Source of the DNA: Nitrosopumilus sp.
GTDB taxonomy: Archaea; Thermoproteota; Nitrososphaeria; Nitrososphaerales; Nitrosopumilaceae
Direction: 5' to 3'
Assembly (NCBI GenBank): GCA_965214775.1
Contig: OZ243974.1
Span: 512,001-576,000 of the forward strand
Length of the DNA: 64,000 nucleotides
Shown here: in pieces, positions 31,049 to 40,951 of the stretch
Position numbering within the stretch: the first letter of the stretch is position 1
Layout of the letters: each line of letters starts with the position of its first letter
Notes under the pieces: model-generated
The model's input: only the letters and a program-made list of their open reading frames with translations
Databases searched by the model: none
Told to the model about the DNA's origin: nothing
Position numbers and translations under genes: made by a program

Positions 31049-31912
31049 ATGAGAAATTTAAAAAAAATGCTGAGAACAGGAAAGCCCCTAGTCATACCCG
31101 GAGTCTATGATGCCTTGGGGGCAAAAATTGCTCAAAAAGTAGGCTTTGAGGCAATGTTTCAGACAGGATACGGGACTTCGGCTGCATTATTTGGAATGCC
31201 AGACTATGGGTTTGTCGGGGCAGCAGAAACTGTGGATAATGCAAGACGAATTTGCAGGGCAGTCTCAGTTCCAGTAATTGTAGATTCAGATACAGGATAC
31301 GGAAATGCCCTTGGTGTTTGGAAGCTAGTCAAGGAATTGGAGTCTGCAGGCGCATCAGGAATGTTTTTAGAAGATCAAAGGTGGCCAAAAAGATGCGGAC
31401 ACATGCAAGGAAAAGAGGTAGTATCTCAAGAAGAATATACGGAAAAATTATCCGCCGCAATTGATGCGCGAGAAAGCAAGGACTTCATTGTTGTTGCAAG
31501 AACCGATGCAAGAGCTACTGAGGGATTGGATGCAGCAATTGAAAGGGGAAGGCAAAATAAAAAGACAGGTGCAGATGCAGTCTTTGTCGAAGCGCCAAGG
31601 TCAATCGAGGAGATGAAAAAAATCGGAAGGGAGATCAACGCGCCGCTTGTTGCAAACATGATCGAGGGAGGGGCAACACCGTTGAGTTCCGCAGAAACTC
31701 TAAACAAGATGGGTTTCAAGATAATTCTCTATCCGTTGTCAGTGCTATATGCAAATACATTTGCAACAATGAGCATACTTGCAGAGTTAAAAAAATCCGG
31801 AACGACAACGAAATCCAGGCAAAAGGTTGTAAATTTTGATCAGTTCAATGATCTTGTAGAGTTGCCAAGGTTTAGAAAAATGGAAGAAAAGTACGGATCC
31901 TCGAAAATATAG
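31049..31912 (+). CDS. Isocitrate lyase/PEP mutase family enzyme (2-methylisocitrate lyase-like)
   Basis: VDSDTGYG, EDQ..PKRCGH, VARTDA and FVEAP motifs. Confidence 0.9.
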   Translation: MRNLKKMLRTGKPLVIPGVYDALGAKIAQKVGFEAMFQTGYGTSAALFGMPDYGFVGAAETVDNARRICRAVSVPVIVDSDTGYGNALGVWKLVKELESAGASGMFLEDQRWPKRCGHMQGKEVVSQEEYTEKLSAAIDARESKDFIVVARTDARATEGLDAAIERGRQNKKTGADAVFVEAPRSIEEMKKIGREINAPLVANMIEGGATPLSSAETLNKMGFKIILYPLSVLYANTFATMSILAELKKSGTTTKSRQKVVNFDQFNDLVELPRFRKMEEKYGSSKI

Positions 31913-31948
31913 TGAATGAGTAAATAAAAAATTTCAAGTAAAGTGCAG

Positions 31949-32236
31949 TTATGCTGCGTTTCTCTTTACTTCAATTTCTATTGTTGAAACATTTCTGGTT
32001 CTGCCGTCTTGTGACTCTAAAGATTCTGAGCCAATGCTAATACTTCCGATAGAGTAACCGGCATTTTCTGTTTTGCGTGCAATGATTTGAGCTACGTCTA
32101 CAGCACGTCCAATGCTGAGTCCTCTAGCTTTGATGTTGACGGCAGGCAAGTTTGCCAATTGAATCAATGTTGATGTAACATATGCCATCAATGGCTTCTT
32201 ACCGATGAATATGGTGTCTCTTGCTTCGGTTGACAT
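31949..32236 (-). CDS. albA: Archaeal chromatin protein Alba
   Basis: IFIGKKPLMAYV...IKARG.SIGRAVDVA...VSTIEI. Confidence 0.93.
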   Translation of the reverse strand: MSTEARDTIFIGKKPLMAYVTSTLIQLANLPAVNIKARGLSIGRAVDVAQIIARKTENAGYSIGSISIGSESLESQDGRTRNVSTIEIEVKRNAA

Positions 32237-32349
32237 GTAAGACTTGGTATTTAAGGATAATTTAAAGCTAAAAAAGGATGTCTGTGAGTCAGTTAAAAAA
32301 ATGGAAAATTCGAACCGATATTAACTAGAAGATATGATTTTATTCATAA

Positions 32350-32886
32350 TTGGAAAAGATCGCCAAGATATTGGAAAATGGAAGCAGTGAAGAAAAAATC
32401 CAGGTCTTGGAAAAATTGGAATCGGCAAGCGAGCCAGAAATTCTAGAGAAAATTATTTCAAAATTGGATGATGATGACATCAAAGTCAGGGGCCAGGCGT
32501 TTAGTTCACTTTTGCTAAATAAGAATAAAATTTCAGACTTTTTGATAAGCAATTTAAAGTCTGCAAGCAAGAACATCCGGGGTTTTTCCTTGCTTGTTTT
32601 GGCAAACAGGAATGAGACAGATGCGATTCCAGAGATCATCAAGATGGTTGGAGATGAGCGCTCAATGGTCAGAACGTGCGCGATAGGGGCGTTAAATTTT
32701 CTAAAGGCAAAAGATGCAAGAGAAATATTTTTGAAATCAATCAAGGACAAAAACCTAGAAGTCAGAAAAAGCGCGGTTCAAGCAATCATAGATCTCAGAA
32801 TTCCGATAAGAGAAGATCAAATCAGTGAAATTGTCACAGAAAATGACAAAGAGATTGAAAAGTTAATTTTGCGATTAAAAAGTTAG
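32350..32886 (+). CDS. HEAT-repeat protein
   Basis: Repeated LDDDDIKVR, VGDERSMVR and IKDKNLEVR units. Confidence 0.8.
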   Translation: MEKIAKILENGSSEEKIQVLEKLESASEPEILEKIISKLDDDDIKVRGQAFSSLLLNKNKISDFLISNLKSASKNIRGFSLLVLANRNETDAIPEIIKMVGDERSMVRTCAIGALNFLKAKDAREIFLKSIKDKNLEVRKSAVQAIIDLRIPIREDQISEIVTENDKEIEKLILRLKS

Positions 32887-33051
32887 TGGATCAAAAGAGG
32901 GTGGAATCCACACGGATTCAGACCCCCGATCACGCAAAAGATATAGCAACGAGCAGAAGTTTTTGAGTCAAAACATGGTCAGATTGCCCGTGAAAGACCT
33001 CAATTATTTATGAGCGTTGCTATAGAAGGTGATTGGAACGCTTACAATGTT
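32887..33051 (+). repeat. About 85-bp direct repeat copy 1, interrupted by MITE D
   Basis: After removing the MITE at 32942-33024 it aligns with 43378-43462 (TTCAGACCCCCGATCACGCAAA...GATTGGAACGCTTACA). Confidence 0.75.
32942..33024. mobile_element. MITE family D, internal-deletion derivative of the IS630 type at 40952-42061
   Basis: TATAGCAACGAGCA.AAGT.TTTGAG.CAAAACA left end and CCTCAATTA...TATGA.CGTTGCTATA right end match that IS. Confidence 0.85.
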
Positions 33052-33121
33052 CGTGCACTATTTTTTGTTTTTAAAAATCACAGAAGATAAAAATAAACTG
33101 TTTTTTAACTGGTTGGTTTAA

Positions 33122-33203
33122 TAGACTTTATGCGTAATCGGTTCAGATCCAGGATTGTTACGAACAAATTCGCCTCATCCAGGTCGATTACGCATAAAGT
33201 CTA
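33122..33203. mobile_element. MITE family C (82 bp, 19-bp TIRs)
   Basis: TAGACTTTATGCGTAATCG...CGATTACGCATAAAGTCTA; further copies at 56685 and 58365. Confidence 0.85.
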
Positions 33204-33246
33204 ATACAGTTTCAATCGGCAGTTACTCAACTTGGGCATTTATGCA

Positions 33247-33334
33247 TAGTGCGTGCAGTTGAAAATCGAATATTTTTTTGGCGAAATAGGCACGACGTGT
33301 CAAAATTATATTCCGTTTTTTGATGTTGGTACTA
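33247..33334 (+). mobile_element. MITE family B (88 bp)
   Basis: TAGTGCGTGCAG...TTGGTACTA with imperfect TIRs; near-identical to 61366-61453. Confidence 0.8.
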
Positions 33335-33367
33335 CGCTCTGATTTCCACCCGTCGTGCAGGAGCCAT

Positions 33368-33430
33368 AATGATGATGATGATGATGATGATGCTCATTAC
33401 CATCAGGATGATGATGATGATGATGCTCAT
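33368..33430. repeat. (GAT)7 and (GAT)6 trinucleotide tracts
   Basis: Seen directly; each tract is followed by GCTCAT. Confidence 0.9.
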
Positions 33431-33605
33431 CCCCGACGCGTGGTGATGGTGTGCACGCGCTCTGGCCGACCCATATGGCATCTCTGATTTTTTCGGAGTT
33501 ATTCTGTAGAAATGAGCGACTAGAAAGGTTTGATGTTGTTATTGTATGAATTTGCTGACGAATTCTACGACAATGTTATTGCTGACAGGCTCGTGATAAC
33601 ATGTA

Positions 33606-36600
33606 TTGGCTGCTTTACTGTATCATTTCACCCTCCTGCTTGGCGTGATGGCGTTGCTTCTTTGCGCAGCAGAAGGGACTGCCACCGCGTATGCCGACTC
33701 TGCCCTCTTTGTCTCAGCAGAAAACCCCCGCTTTGAAAATCACTTTGCCGGCTCCATGGTAGTCGAGGTTGCAGTGTTTGATGACTCGATCAATGAGGTT
33801 GGAGAGGACAGGGGGGAGCCTGATGTCACGGTTAACGGGGATGCACTCAGGATGGTCCAGGCCACTGACGGAAACTGGTACGCCTATTTTGCAAGTACAG
33901 ACTCTGCAAAGGCCGCCGATCAGACGTCCCTTGATGGTGGCGTTGCAGGCAGGGGACTGGACTTTGGTGCGTTCTGCGGGGAGGATACCGGCGCGTATGT
34001 TTTTGGCGTCAGCTTTTCTGAGACCGATGGGATATCTGTCCCAAGCAGTACCGGACTGGCCGGATTTACAAACGGTAAAGCAGGTCTTTCTTCCTGTACC
34101 GGCAGTCTGACTGCAGCAGGAGATAACCTTAACAACGTCGTCCGAAAGGCAAAGCCGGTCAATACAAACCCTGCAGTTGCTCCTGGCCAGATAGGCCTAG
34201 ATCCCAGCGCCTGGCCGGTCATCCAGCTTTATTCGTTTGGTGACAAAGATGACGTTGCAGTCCGGTACGACTTTGGCGGCGGATCAAAGACGGTGGATCT
34301 CCACTATGACGAGATTCCAAACGTCTCCCTTGACATGGACAGGGACGTCTATCCTCCAAGCTCCGAGGTCTTTGTTACCATATCTGACGTGCAGCTGAAC
34401 CAGGATCCTACCGATGAGGATTCCTGGACGTTTGCAGTAGGCGACACTTCTGCTGTGTTCTACAGCGCGTTTGCCGGCACCGGTTCTATGTCAGGTAGTG
34501 GCGGTGGTGGTGGCGGCGGTAGCGATCCCAGACTGGTGAATCTCCTGCCATATCTGGACGGCCTGGGATTCCATGACAACGGGCTGTTTTCAATGTCTGC
34601 AAGCTCCATTGTATCGCTGGGGACAAATCACAACCAGCCGTCAACCTTTGTCTCTGACGGCATTACAACCTATTCTGAAATCGTCACCTTTGCCGAGACA
34701 CGACCCAACACGGGAATTTTTGATACCTCTGACAGTGGCAATGACTCTGTAGTTGAGATCATCCCTGATGCCCCTAGGGGCAGGGCCGACTACATACAGT
34801 ACAACGGCCGGTCGCTCCCGGTCTTGTCCGGCTATTCGACTGCATCTGTGGCAACCGGCCCTGATGGCGGTGATGCTGCTACTGGTGCGGACGCATCCAT
34901 CTCTGTTCCCGAATCCTGGGCCCCGGGAACGGAGATTCCGATAACCGTATTTGATGATGATCAGAACGTAAACTCCGGACTTCGTGACAGCCTTGATCTG
35001 TTCAGCAGCACCTCGATTATCCCGACAATTGTTATTGGGAGTCCTGCCACCCTGGAGTCTGCCTCTGATGTGAGGATTTACGAGTCCTCCACTGACACGC
35101 TGTCTGCAGGAACAGGCATCCCATCATCAACCCCAGATGACGGCTCTGCACGGATGTTTTTGGACACAAGAAGGGCCGCCGTGCTGACCACCTTTGAAAA
35201 GCTGTCGATAAGCCTGGGAATGACTGCCTCCTCGCTCGGGGATATCTTGATTGACGGTACCGGGGAGATGGGCACAAACTGGTTCAACTATGATCTTCGC
35301 TCGCTTAACCGAGATCTGGATCTGGACGACATATCTGATGCCAGCATCTCGCTTTATTTCGGAGGGCTCTCTGACGACACCTCCCGCGTAGTGATTGCCG
35401 ATTCCGGGGATCTGAGTCAGTTTCAGGGACTTGTCCAAATAAAGGACGCCGACGTGGACTCGATTCTGGCCCAGTCAGGAGCAGCATATCTGGTCATAAA
35501 CTTTGATGACTCAAACGACAGTGTGTCTGTGGCCTCGATTTCAGCAGGCAAAGGCGACGTCCAGCCCATCGTCTTTGACATCTTTTCATTTGGCCTGCCA
35601 AGGGAGGGAAATCAGGACATCAACAACTCCATCTACAGATTTGAGCTAAGGGAGACTGCAAGAGACTCCGGGGCATTTGCAGGAACCGTGGAATATGCGG
35701 TATCAAACCAGCTGAACATCATCACACCTGACCTGGTCAATACACTGCGCCCGATAGGCGATGACGTAAAGTTTGTTGTAACAGGCAGGATGTCAGACGA
35801 GGACGGAATAACAATTTCATACTCTGACATATCTGGCGTGGGAATCCTCACACCTGCTGCGGTAAAATCGTCGATATCCACCCACTCTGGCACGGTATCT
35901 GTTGACAAGCAGTCATATGGATTTGGGAGACCTGTCACGATAACCCTCACTGATCCTGATCTTAACCTGAGACACGATCGGATTGACATCTACTCTGTAA
36001 TTAATAGTCCTGACTCGGAGAACGTCGATGCCGTCGGCGGTTCGGGCGACGAGCTGCTGCTGGAGGTAAGAATCAAGGGAATAAAGTACGGACGGTGCAC
36101 CATTGATGGTGTCGAGCATGGAGGACTGGCATCCTCCGGCTTTTCTCTGGCGGAGACAGGTGCCGACTCTGGCGTCTTTAAGGGCGTCTTTAAGATGCCA
36201 TCGCAAATATGTAACGAGGGCGGCACAGGACTGGTCTACACCTCCGGCGGCACCATCGATGTGAGGTACTTTGACTTTAGGGACTCGTCAGGCAAGCCGG
36301 ACATTGTCTCTTTGTCCAGACAGCCTGCAATGTCTGATGATGAGCGCCATTACCACCGGCAGTTGCCCATGCTCAACTCTCACACATTTGACCTGCCGGT
36401 ATTTCCGGACTCTACTGATGTCGTCTTGAGTGGAAGCATCGCCGGACACAAGCGCGGTGTCCCCGTGGAGGTAGTACTGACACTGCCAAACGGGCAGCAG
36501 CAGGGCTTTGCCATGCTTCCCTCCGGCACCGGCAGCTATCGCGGGCTTTTTACGCTTGACTCGAATTCCCTTCCCGGCGACTATACCGTCGATGTCTACT

Positions 36601-36929
36601 ATCAGGATGTAAAGATTGGCGAGAACCGCTTTTCTCTGAGCGCCAAGATTGTCACGGAATCATCAGCGTCAGCATCAGCGTCTTCCAAGGAGGCAGGCGC
36701 CCTACTTGGATGGCTGGATGGCGGCAGTCCGGATCAGGCATATCGTGACGTGGTCAGATCTTTGTTAGATTCCAAATATCACCGACACGAAAATGCCGCA
36801 AATGACGACGGGCCAATTCCCGCATGGCTAAAAAACCATGCCAGGTACTGGATCGACGGCCTGGTATCTGATAAAGAGTATCTGGACGGGCTTGAATTTC
36901 TAGTCAAAAATGGCATAATTTCGATATAA
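33606..36929 (+). CDS. Large secreted/cell-surface protein, S-layer-like, with thaumarchaeal C-terminal domain
   Basis: Signal peptide; D/S/G-rich; repeated ET..D.G.F and D.D.N motifs; C-terminal IPAWLKNHARYWIDG..SDKEYLDGLEFLVKNGII. Confidence 0.8.
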   Translation: MAALLYHFTLLLGVMALLLCAAEGTATAYADSALFVSAENPRFENHFAGSMVVEVAVFDDSINEVGEDRGEPDVTVNGDALRMVQATDGNWYAYFASTDSAKAADQTSLDGGVAGRGLDFGAFCGEDTGAYVFGVSFSETDGISVPSSTGLAGFTNGKAGLSSCTGSLTAAGDNLNNVVRKAKPVNTNPAVAPGQIGLDPSAWPVIQLYSFGDKDDVAVRYDFGGGSKTVDLHYDEIPNVSLDMDRDVYPPSSEVFVTISDVQLNQDPTDEDSWTFAVGDTSAVFYSAFAGTGSMSGSGGGGGGGSDPRLVNLLPYLDGLGFHDNGLFSMSASSIVSLGTNHNQPSTFVSDGITTYSEIVTFAETRPNTGIFDTSDSGNDSVVEIIPDAPRGRADYIQYNGRSLPVLSGYSTASVATGPDGGDAATGADASISVPESWAPGTEIPITVFDDDQNVNSGLRDSLDLFSSTSIIPTIVIGSPATLESASDVRIYESSTDTLSAGTGIPSSTPDDGSARMFLDTRRAAVLTTFEKLSISLGMTASSLGDILIDGTGEMGTNWFNYDLRSLNRDLDLDDISDASISLYFGGLSDDTSRVVIADSGDLSQFQGLVQIKDADVDSILAQSGAAYLVINFDDSNDSVSVASISAGKGDVQPIVFDIFSFGLPREGNQDINNSIYRFELRETARDSGAFAGTVEYAVSNQLNIITPDLVNTLRPIGDDVKFVVTGRMSDEDGITISYSDISGVGILTPAAVKSSISTHSGTVSVDKQSYGFGRPVTITLTDPDLNLRHDRIDIYSVINSPDSENVDAVGGSGDELLLEVRIKGIKYGRCTIDGVEHGGLASSGFSLAETGADSGVFKGVFKMPSQICNEGGTGLVYTSGGTIDVRYFDFRDSSGKPDIVSLSRQPAMSDDERHYHRQLPMLNSHTFDLPVFPDSTDVVLSGSIAGHKRGVPVEVVLTLPNGQQQGFAMLPSGTGSYRGLFTLDSNSLPGDYTVDVYYQDVKIGENRFSLSAKIVTESSASASASSKEAGALLGWLDGGSPDQAYRDVVRSLLDSKYHRHENAANDDGPIPAWLKNHARYWIDGLVSDKEYLDGLEFLVKNGIISI

Positions 36930-37246
36930 TCAAGTTGATCTTTGTTTCATTTAGTAAACTCGTAAAAAAAGGAACCGTTTTGACGTAACCATATGTGTCT
37001 CAAAAACAAAATTCAGATGGTACCAAGATAAATTGCAATGCAAACAAACAGACGCTATATGAAATCTTATCTGTATCCTGTGATCTAACATTACTGTTGG
37101 GCCTGAGTCGATATGAGCTTACCATGCACAAAGGTGTCAAACAGACTGACTTGCAACAACAGCAGGCGGAAAGCAATATATCGCGCAGACGGTGAATGGG
37201 AGATTCCGCCCGGATCAGGCATTTTGATCAAAAAGGAGGTGATAAC

Positions 37247-37783
37247 ATGATCAACGTAGGAATAGACGTACACAAAAAGAGATGCGTTGCAGCAGTAAAG
37301 GACGACTCGGGCAAGCTGCTTGAGCAGTCCACGTTTGAGAACAGCGTTTTGGCAACAACGAATTTTGCAACATATCTCAAGGAACAATACCGCGGACAGC
37401 TGCCAATAAAGGCAGTATGCGAGTCCACTGCCAACTATTGGATTATCGTACATGACACGCTTGAGGACTGCGGGATAGACACCGTGCTGGTACATCCGGC
37501 AAAGGTCAAGGTGATAGCGCACGCCAAGATAAAGGACGACCGCGTGGATGCAAATATACTTGCCGACCTGCTCAGAGCAGACATGCTGCCAGAGTCGTTT
37601 GTGCCTGACAAGCACTACAGGGATCTCAGAATGCTGGGCAGGACCAGAACCGGCAAGACGTCAGAGGCCACTAGGTGCAAGAACAAGATACGCGCCATAC
37701 TTGCAAAGCATGACTATGATCTCGGAGTGGATCCCTGTAAGTGGGAACGATTTTGGCAGTGTTTTATGGGGGTTGTTTCCTAA
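37247..37783 (+). pseudogene. IS110-family transposase, N-terminal RuvC-like domain only
   Basis: GIDVHK, CESTANYW and KDDRVDA motifs; stops before the C-terminal domain; AGGAGGTG RBS upstream. Confidence 0.85.
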
Positions 37784-37900
37784 TTCCACCTGCCTGACTC
37801 CATCCGCATGTTTTTCTGAATTTTCGCCCTCTTGCATGACTGATCCACGTGGCATTTCAACGGTTTTCAGGAGTTCTGGCGAATTAGGTGGCAATCCCGG

Positions 37901-38143
37901 TCAGCTGCCAAAATGCTCCCATGGCTTTCTTTCTGGATGGAGATAGCACTGGAGGCGCTCACTCCATTCCAGCGTAGACAGATCAATGCCCCCAAAGGTC
38001 ACCGCATCAGACGGCCATATGCACGGCCCTCCAAGATGCCCGTATACCAAAAAGGCAAGCATCATCCTGCCGTATGTCAGCCCCATGAAAAAACCCAGTA
38101 CGGTTCCTAAAACTAACAAAAAATAGGGTCTAGTAGTACTCAT
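37901..38143 (-). CDS. Small membrane protein
   Basis: MSTTRPYFLLVLGTVLGFFMGL... hydrophobic; overlaps the upstream gene end. Confidence 0.45.
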   Translation of the reverse strand: MSTTRPYFLLVLGTVLGFFMGLTYGRMMLAFLVYGHLGGPCIWPSDAVTFGGIDLSTLEWSERLQCYLHPERKPWEHFGS

Positions 38144-38999
38144 GCCACCACGGAACATACAATCCCCAATAAGGAGATGGCCATACATATGACAGTAATT
38201 CTGGATTCGGTTCTTCATCTTGGACGGTGTATGAAAAATCGCTGTTAATTCCGGCATGATCGCGAAACGCGCCCGTATCACAAAGTCCGCCATAATTGCT
38301 GCTTGCTACAACTTTGGTGAACTCGTACGGTTGTGATGCAGCACCGTTCCAAGCTGCATATTCGGGCACCATGTGAAATCCCTGATCTTCTAGAATTTGC
38401 TGTGTGCTGCTTAGAGAGTCTCCACCGTAGTGAGTGGACGGATTCGGATCCGATAGGTGTGGATCCAGAAAGTTGCCTCCACACCAAGTAGGCCATGCCC
38501 CATGATGCATAGGCACTATTTTGTCATTCAATATGTTGGGCGTTACGCTCAGCGTAGTGCCAACAGAACCGCCATTACCATCAGCAAACAGTTTTCTGAA
38601 CTCGCCTGATTCAAAGTCTGATATGATATCATGAATTCTTTGATCGGTACCGGTTTGTGACTCGTTTACCTGTCCTGTGGGCCCCACCACATCCATAACC
38701 CTGTCATTATACGATGCGTATCTTTGTGCTATCTGGATGTCCAACTCGCCAACATAGGGATCGTTTTGAGAGGATGCCATGTCAATGTCAAAATGATAAT
38801 CTGAATCTATCAAGATGTGCCTTTCCATTACGTTAAACATCCGAAGAATATCAGATTTTTCATACACGGTAGAATCATGACCATCATCAATGCCACCAGG
38901 TGCTTGTTGTGCAAATGCGTTTGCCATTCCTACGGGGGTCAACAAAACCACCGCAACGGCCAGCATAGTAGGCAATACTGTCTTTGTTTTGTAATTCAT
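38130..38999 (-). CDS. Secreted hypothetical protein
   Basis: Start MNYKTKTVLPTMLAVAVVLL...ANAFAQ signal peptide. Confidence 0.65.
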   Translation of the reverse strand: MNYKTKTVLPTMLAVAVVLLTPVGMANAFAQQAPGGIDDGHDSTVYEKSDILRMFNVMERHILIDSDYHFDIDMASSQNDPYVGELDIQIAQRYASYNDRVMDVVGPTGQVNESQTGTDQRIHDIISDFESGEFRKLFADGNGGSVGTTLSVTPNILNDKIVPMHHGAWPTWCGGNFLDPHLSDPNPSTHYGGDSLSSTQQILEDQGFHMVPEYAAWNGAASQPYEFTKVVASSNYGGLCDTGAFRDHAGINSDFSYTVQDEEPNPELLSYVWPSPYWGLYVPWWHEYY

Positions 39000-39048
39000 G
39001 TCGCCACCTGTATCACGACCACTTGTTATATAACAACTGCTAGCCGTC

Positions 39049-39075
39049 TGCGGTATGCCTTTTGCGCACGAAACG
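39049..39075. repeat. 27-bp inverted repeat, left of the two-component system
   Basis: TGCGGTATGCCTTTTGCGCACGAAACG is the reverse complement of 40909-40935. Confidence 0.85.
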
Positions 39076-39162
39076 AGCAGGAACCGGATCCCGTACTCGT
39101 CAAATGGGTGCAGGAAGGATCGCCCCTGAAACGGCTGTCCCTGCCGGCGGATCTGTTTTGCG

Positions 39163-39540
39163 CTATTTTGCATGTTTTCTGATCATCTTCCACATGGTGT
39201 CTGGCTCGATGGGCTTGTTTATCATGCCCCTGAGGGAGGCTGCCTTTGCCCCTCCGTATTTTGCGTCGTCCACCATGTATCTTGAGGTAAAGACTATCCG
39301 GGCATCCTGATCGTGCTTTCTCAGCAGCAGAAAGGTCTCGTATCCGTCAATACCGGGCATCTTCACGTCCAGAAAGACGATGTCCGGGCCGAACTCGCGG
39401 TACCGCGACAGGGCATCATGGCCGTTCGTGGCCGGAAGCACGTTATGGCCTCCGCGTATCAGGATCAGCTGCAAGGACTCCAGAAAGTCAGTGTCGTCAT
39501 CTACGACCAGTATCCGCTTCCTGTTCACCGTGCCTGCCAT
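39163..39540 (-). CDS. CheY-like single-domain response regulator
   Basis: ILVVDDD, FLDVKMPGIDG and NKP motifs. Confidence 0.9.
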   Translation of the reverse strand: MAGTVNRKRILVVDDDTDFLESLQLILIRGGHNVLPATNGHDALSRYREFGPDIVFLDVKMPGIDGYETFLLLRKHDQDARIVFTSRYMVDDAKYGGAKAASLRGMINKPIEPDTMWKMIRKHAK

Positions 39541-40849
39541 CGTCAGCACCCCTATCTTTTGGAAGGCGTATTGTAAACGTTACCCGGTCATTGTCGCTGC
39601 TTGCTGTGATGGAGCCGTTGTGCCGCTCTATGATGTTCCTGCAGCTGGTGAGTCCGAGTCCTGTTCCCTGCATCTTTGTGGTAAACAGTGGATCAAACAC
39701 GCGGGCCATGTCGTCCTGTGTGATGCGGGATCCGGAGTTCTCAAACTCCAGTGTTACGGCGCCCTCTTTGCCAGGGCCGGCGTCATGCAGCCTGATCTCT
39801 ATGTGTCCCGGACTGTCGCCGATGGCCTGTACCGCGTTTAGCAGCAGGTTGACAAAGACAAACTCTAGCTTCTCGGCATCACACATCACCACCGTCATGC
39901 CGCCGCCGTGACCGTCACGGCCTTCAGGCAATCTCAGTTCGATGTTTGGCGGCACCGTTACAGCATCAAGGGATCTGTCCAAGACATCCAATACCGGCAC
40001 CGGCTCCAGAACCAGCGGGACGGCGCGCACGTAGTTCAGGACGCCCTCTATCTGGTGCGACATGCGCCGTATGGATCGGTTTATCCTGTGCATCTCCGCG
40101 TCCACCGAATTCTGCGGCATGTCTCCTTTCTGAATCATTCCCAGGGAGTTGCGTATGGTGCCAAGCGGGTTTCTCATGTCGTGGGCCATCATGGCCGCAA
40201 ACTCGCCTATGGTCGAGAACTTTTCCATCCTCACCCTTTCCTCCATGTGCATCCTAAACGTAGTCCAGATGAACACCACCAAAAGCACGTGTATTGCCAC
40301 GTTGACTGCCCCCAGAATCGCCTGCAGAGCCATCAGCTGTGCGGAGAGATCCTCTACGTCGTGGCCCAGCCTTTCGGTGAGTATGTCAGAGAGGGCAATC
40401 AGCCGGGCACCTGTCTGCTCAAAGTGCCCCACGTCTGCAGCCGATACGTTCTCCCCGGATGCCAGCAGTGCCGATGCGGTGTCCCTGTACTGTTCAAACA
40501 TGCCTGCCACGTCCCCCCAGCTGTCATCGAACCTGGGCGACAGCGGCGATATCTCGATGTCTGACATGCTTCCCCCACGCTTTAAGAAGTGGATGTTTTC
40601 CTCAAGATGACTGAGGACCTCGAATACTGCCGCATCCTCTGCCGTGCCGTGAAACAGCACGTGGTTCAGCTTGTTTTGCACCTCGCTTGTAAGAAGCCTG
40701 TTTTTTCCCGCAACGTTTACGGTGTTTCCGGTCAGAACCGTCTGCGACTCAAAGTACATTATTACCAGGAAGCTCGCTATGATCAGGGTGACCTGGAGAA
40801 AGACCACGGCTGCAATCTTGCGTACCAGCTCCATCCCGTTTCGTAACAT
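39497..40849 (-). CDS. Membrane sensor histidine kinase with NarX/PilJ-like sensor
   Basis: 2 TM; NVAGKNRLL P-box-like; AHDMRNPL H-box; NLLLNAVQA N-box; LFTTK..GTGLGL. Confidence 0.9.
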   Translation of the reverse strand: MLRNGMELVRKIAAVVFLQVTLIIASFLVIMYFESQTVLTGNTVNVAGKNRLLTSEVQNKLNHVLFHGTAEDAAVFEVLSHLEENIHFLKRGGSMSDIEISPLSPRFDDSWGDVAGMFEQYRDTASALLASGENVSAADVGHFEQTGARLIALSDILTERLGHDVEDLSAQLMALQAILGAVNVAIHVLLVVFIWTTFRMHMEERVRMEKFSTIGEFAAMMAHDMRNPLGTIRNSLGMIQKGDMPQNSVDAEMHRINRSIRRMSHQIEGVLNYVRAVPLVLEPVPVLDVLDRSLDAVTVPPNIELRLPEGRDGHGGGMTVVMCDAEKLEFVFVNLLLNAVQAIGDSPGHIEIRLHDAGPGKEGAVTLEFENSGSRITQDDMARVFDPLFTTKMQGTGLGLTSCRNIIERHNGSITASSDNDRVTFTIRLPKDRGADDGRHGEQEADTGRR

Positions 40850-40908
40850 GTTCTGGGAAATAAGGCTTCTTTGCTTTGTCCTGCGTGGGTAGATCCCGGA
40901 TCCTTGCG

Positions 40909-40935
40909 CGTTTCGTGCGCAAAAGGCATACCGCA
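40909..40935. repeat. 27-bp inverted repeat, right of the two-component system
   Basis: Reverse complement of 39049-39075. Confidence 0.85.
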
Positions 40936-40951
40936 AGCCGATATCAATTGC

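Noticed and set aside
33300-33440. Poly-His metal-binding peptide on the minus strand
   Set aside because: The His-rich frame has no ATG between the upstream stop and the tract.
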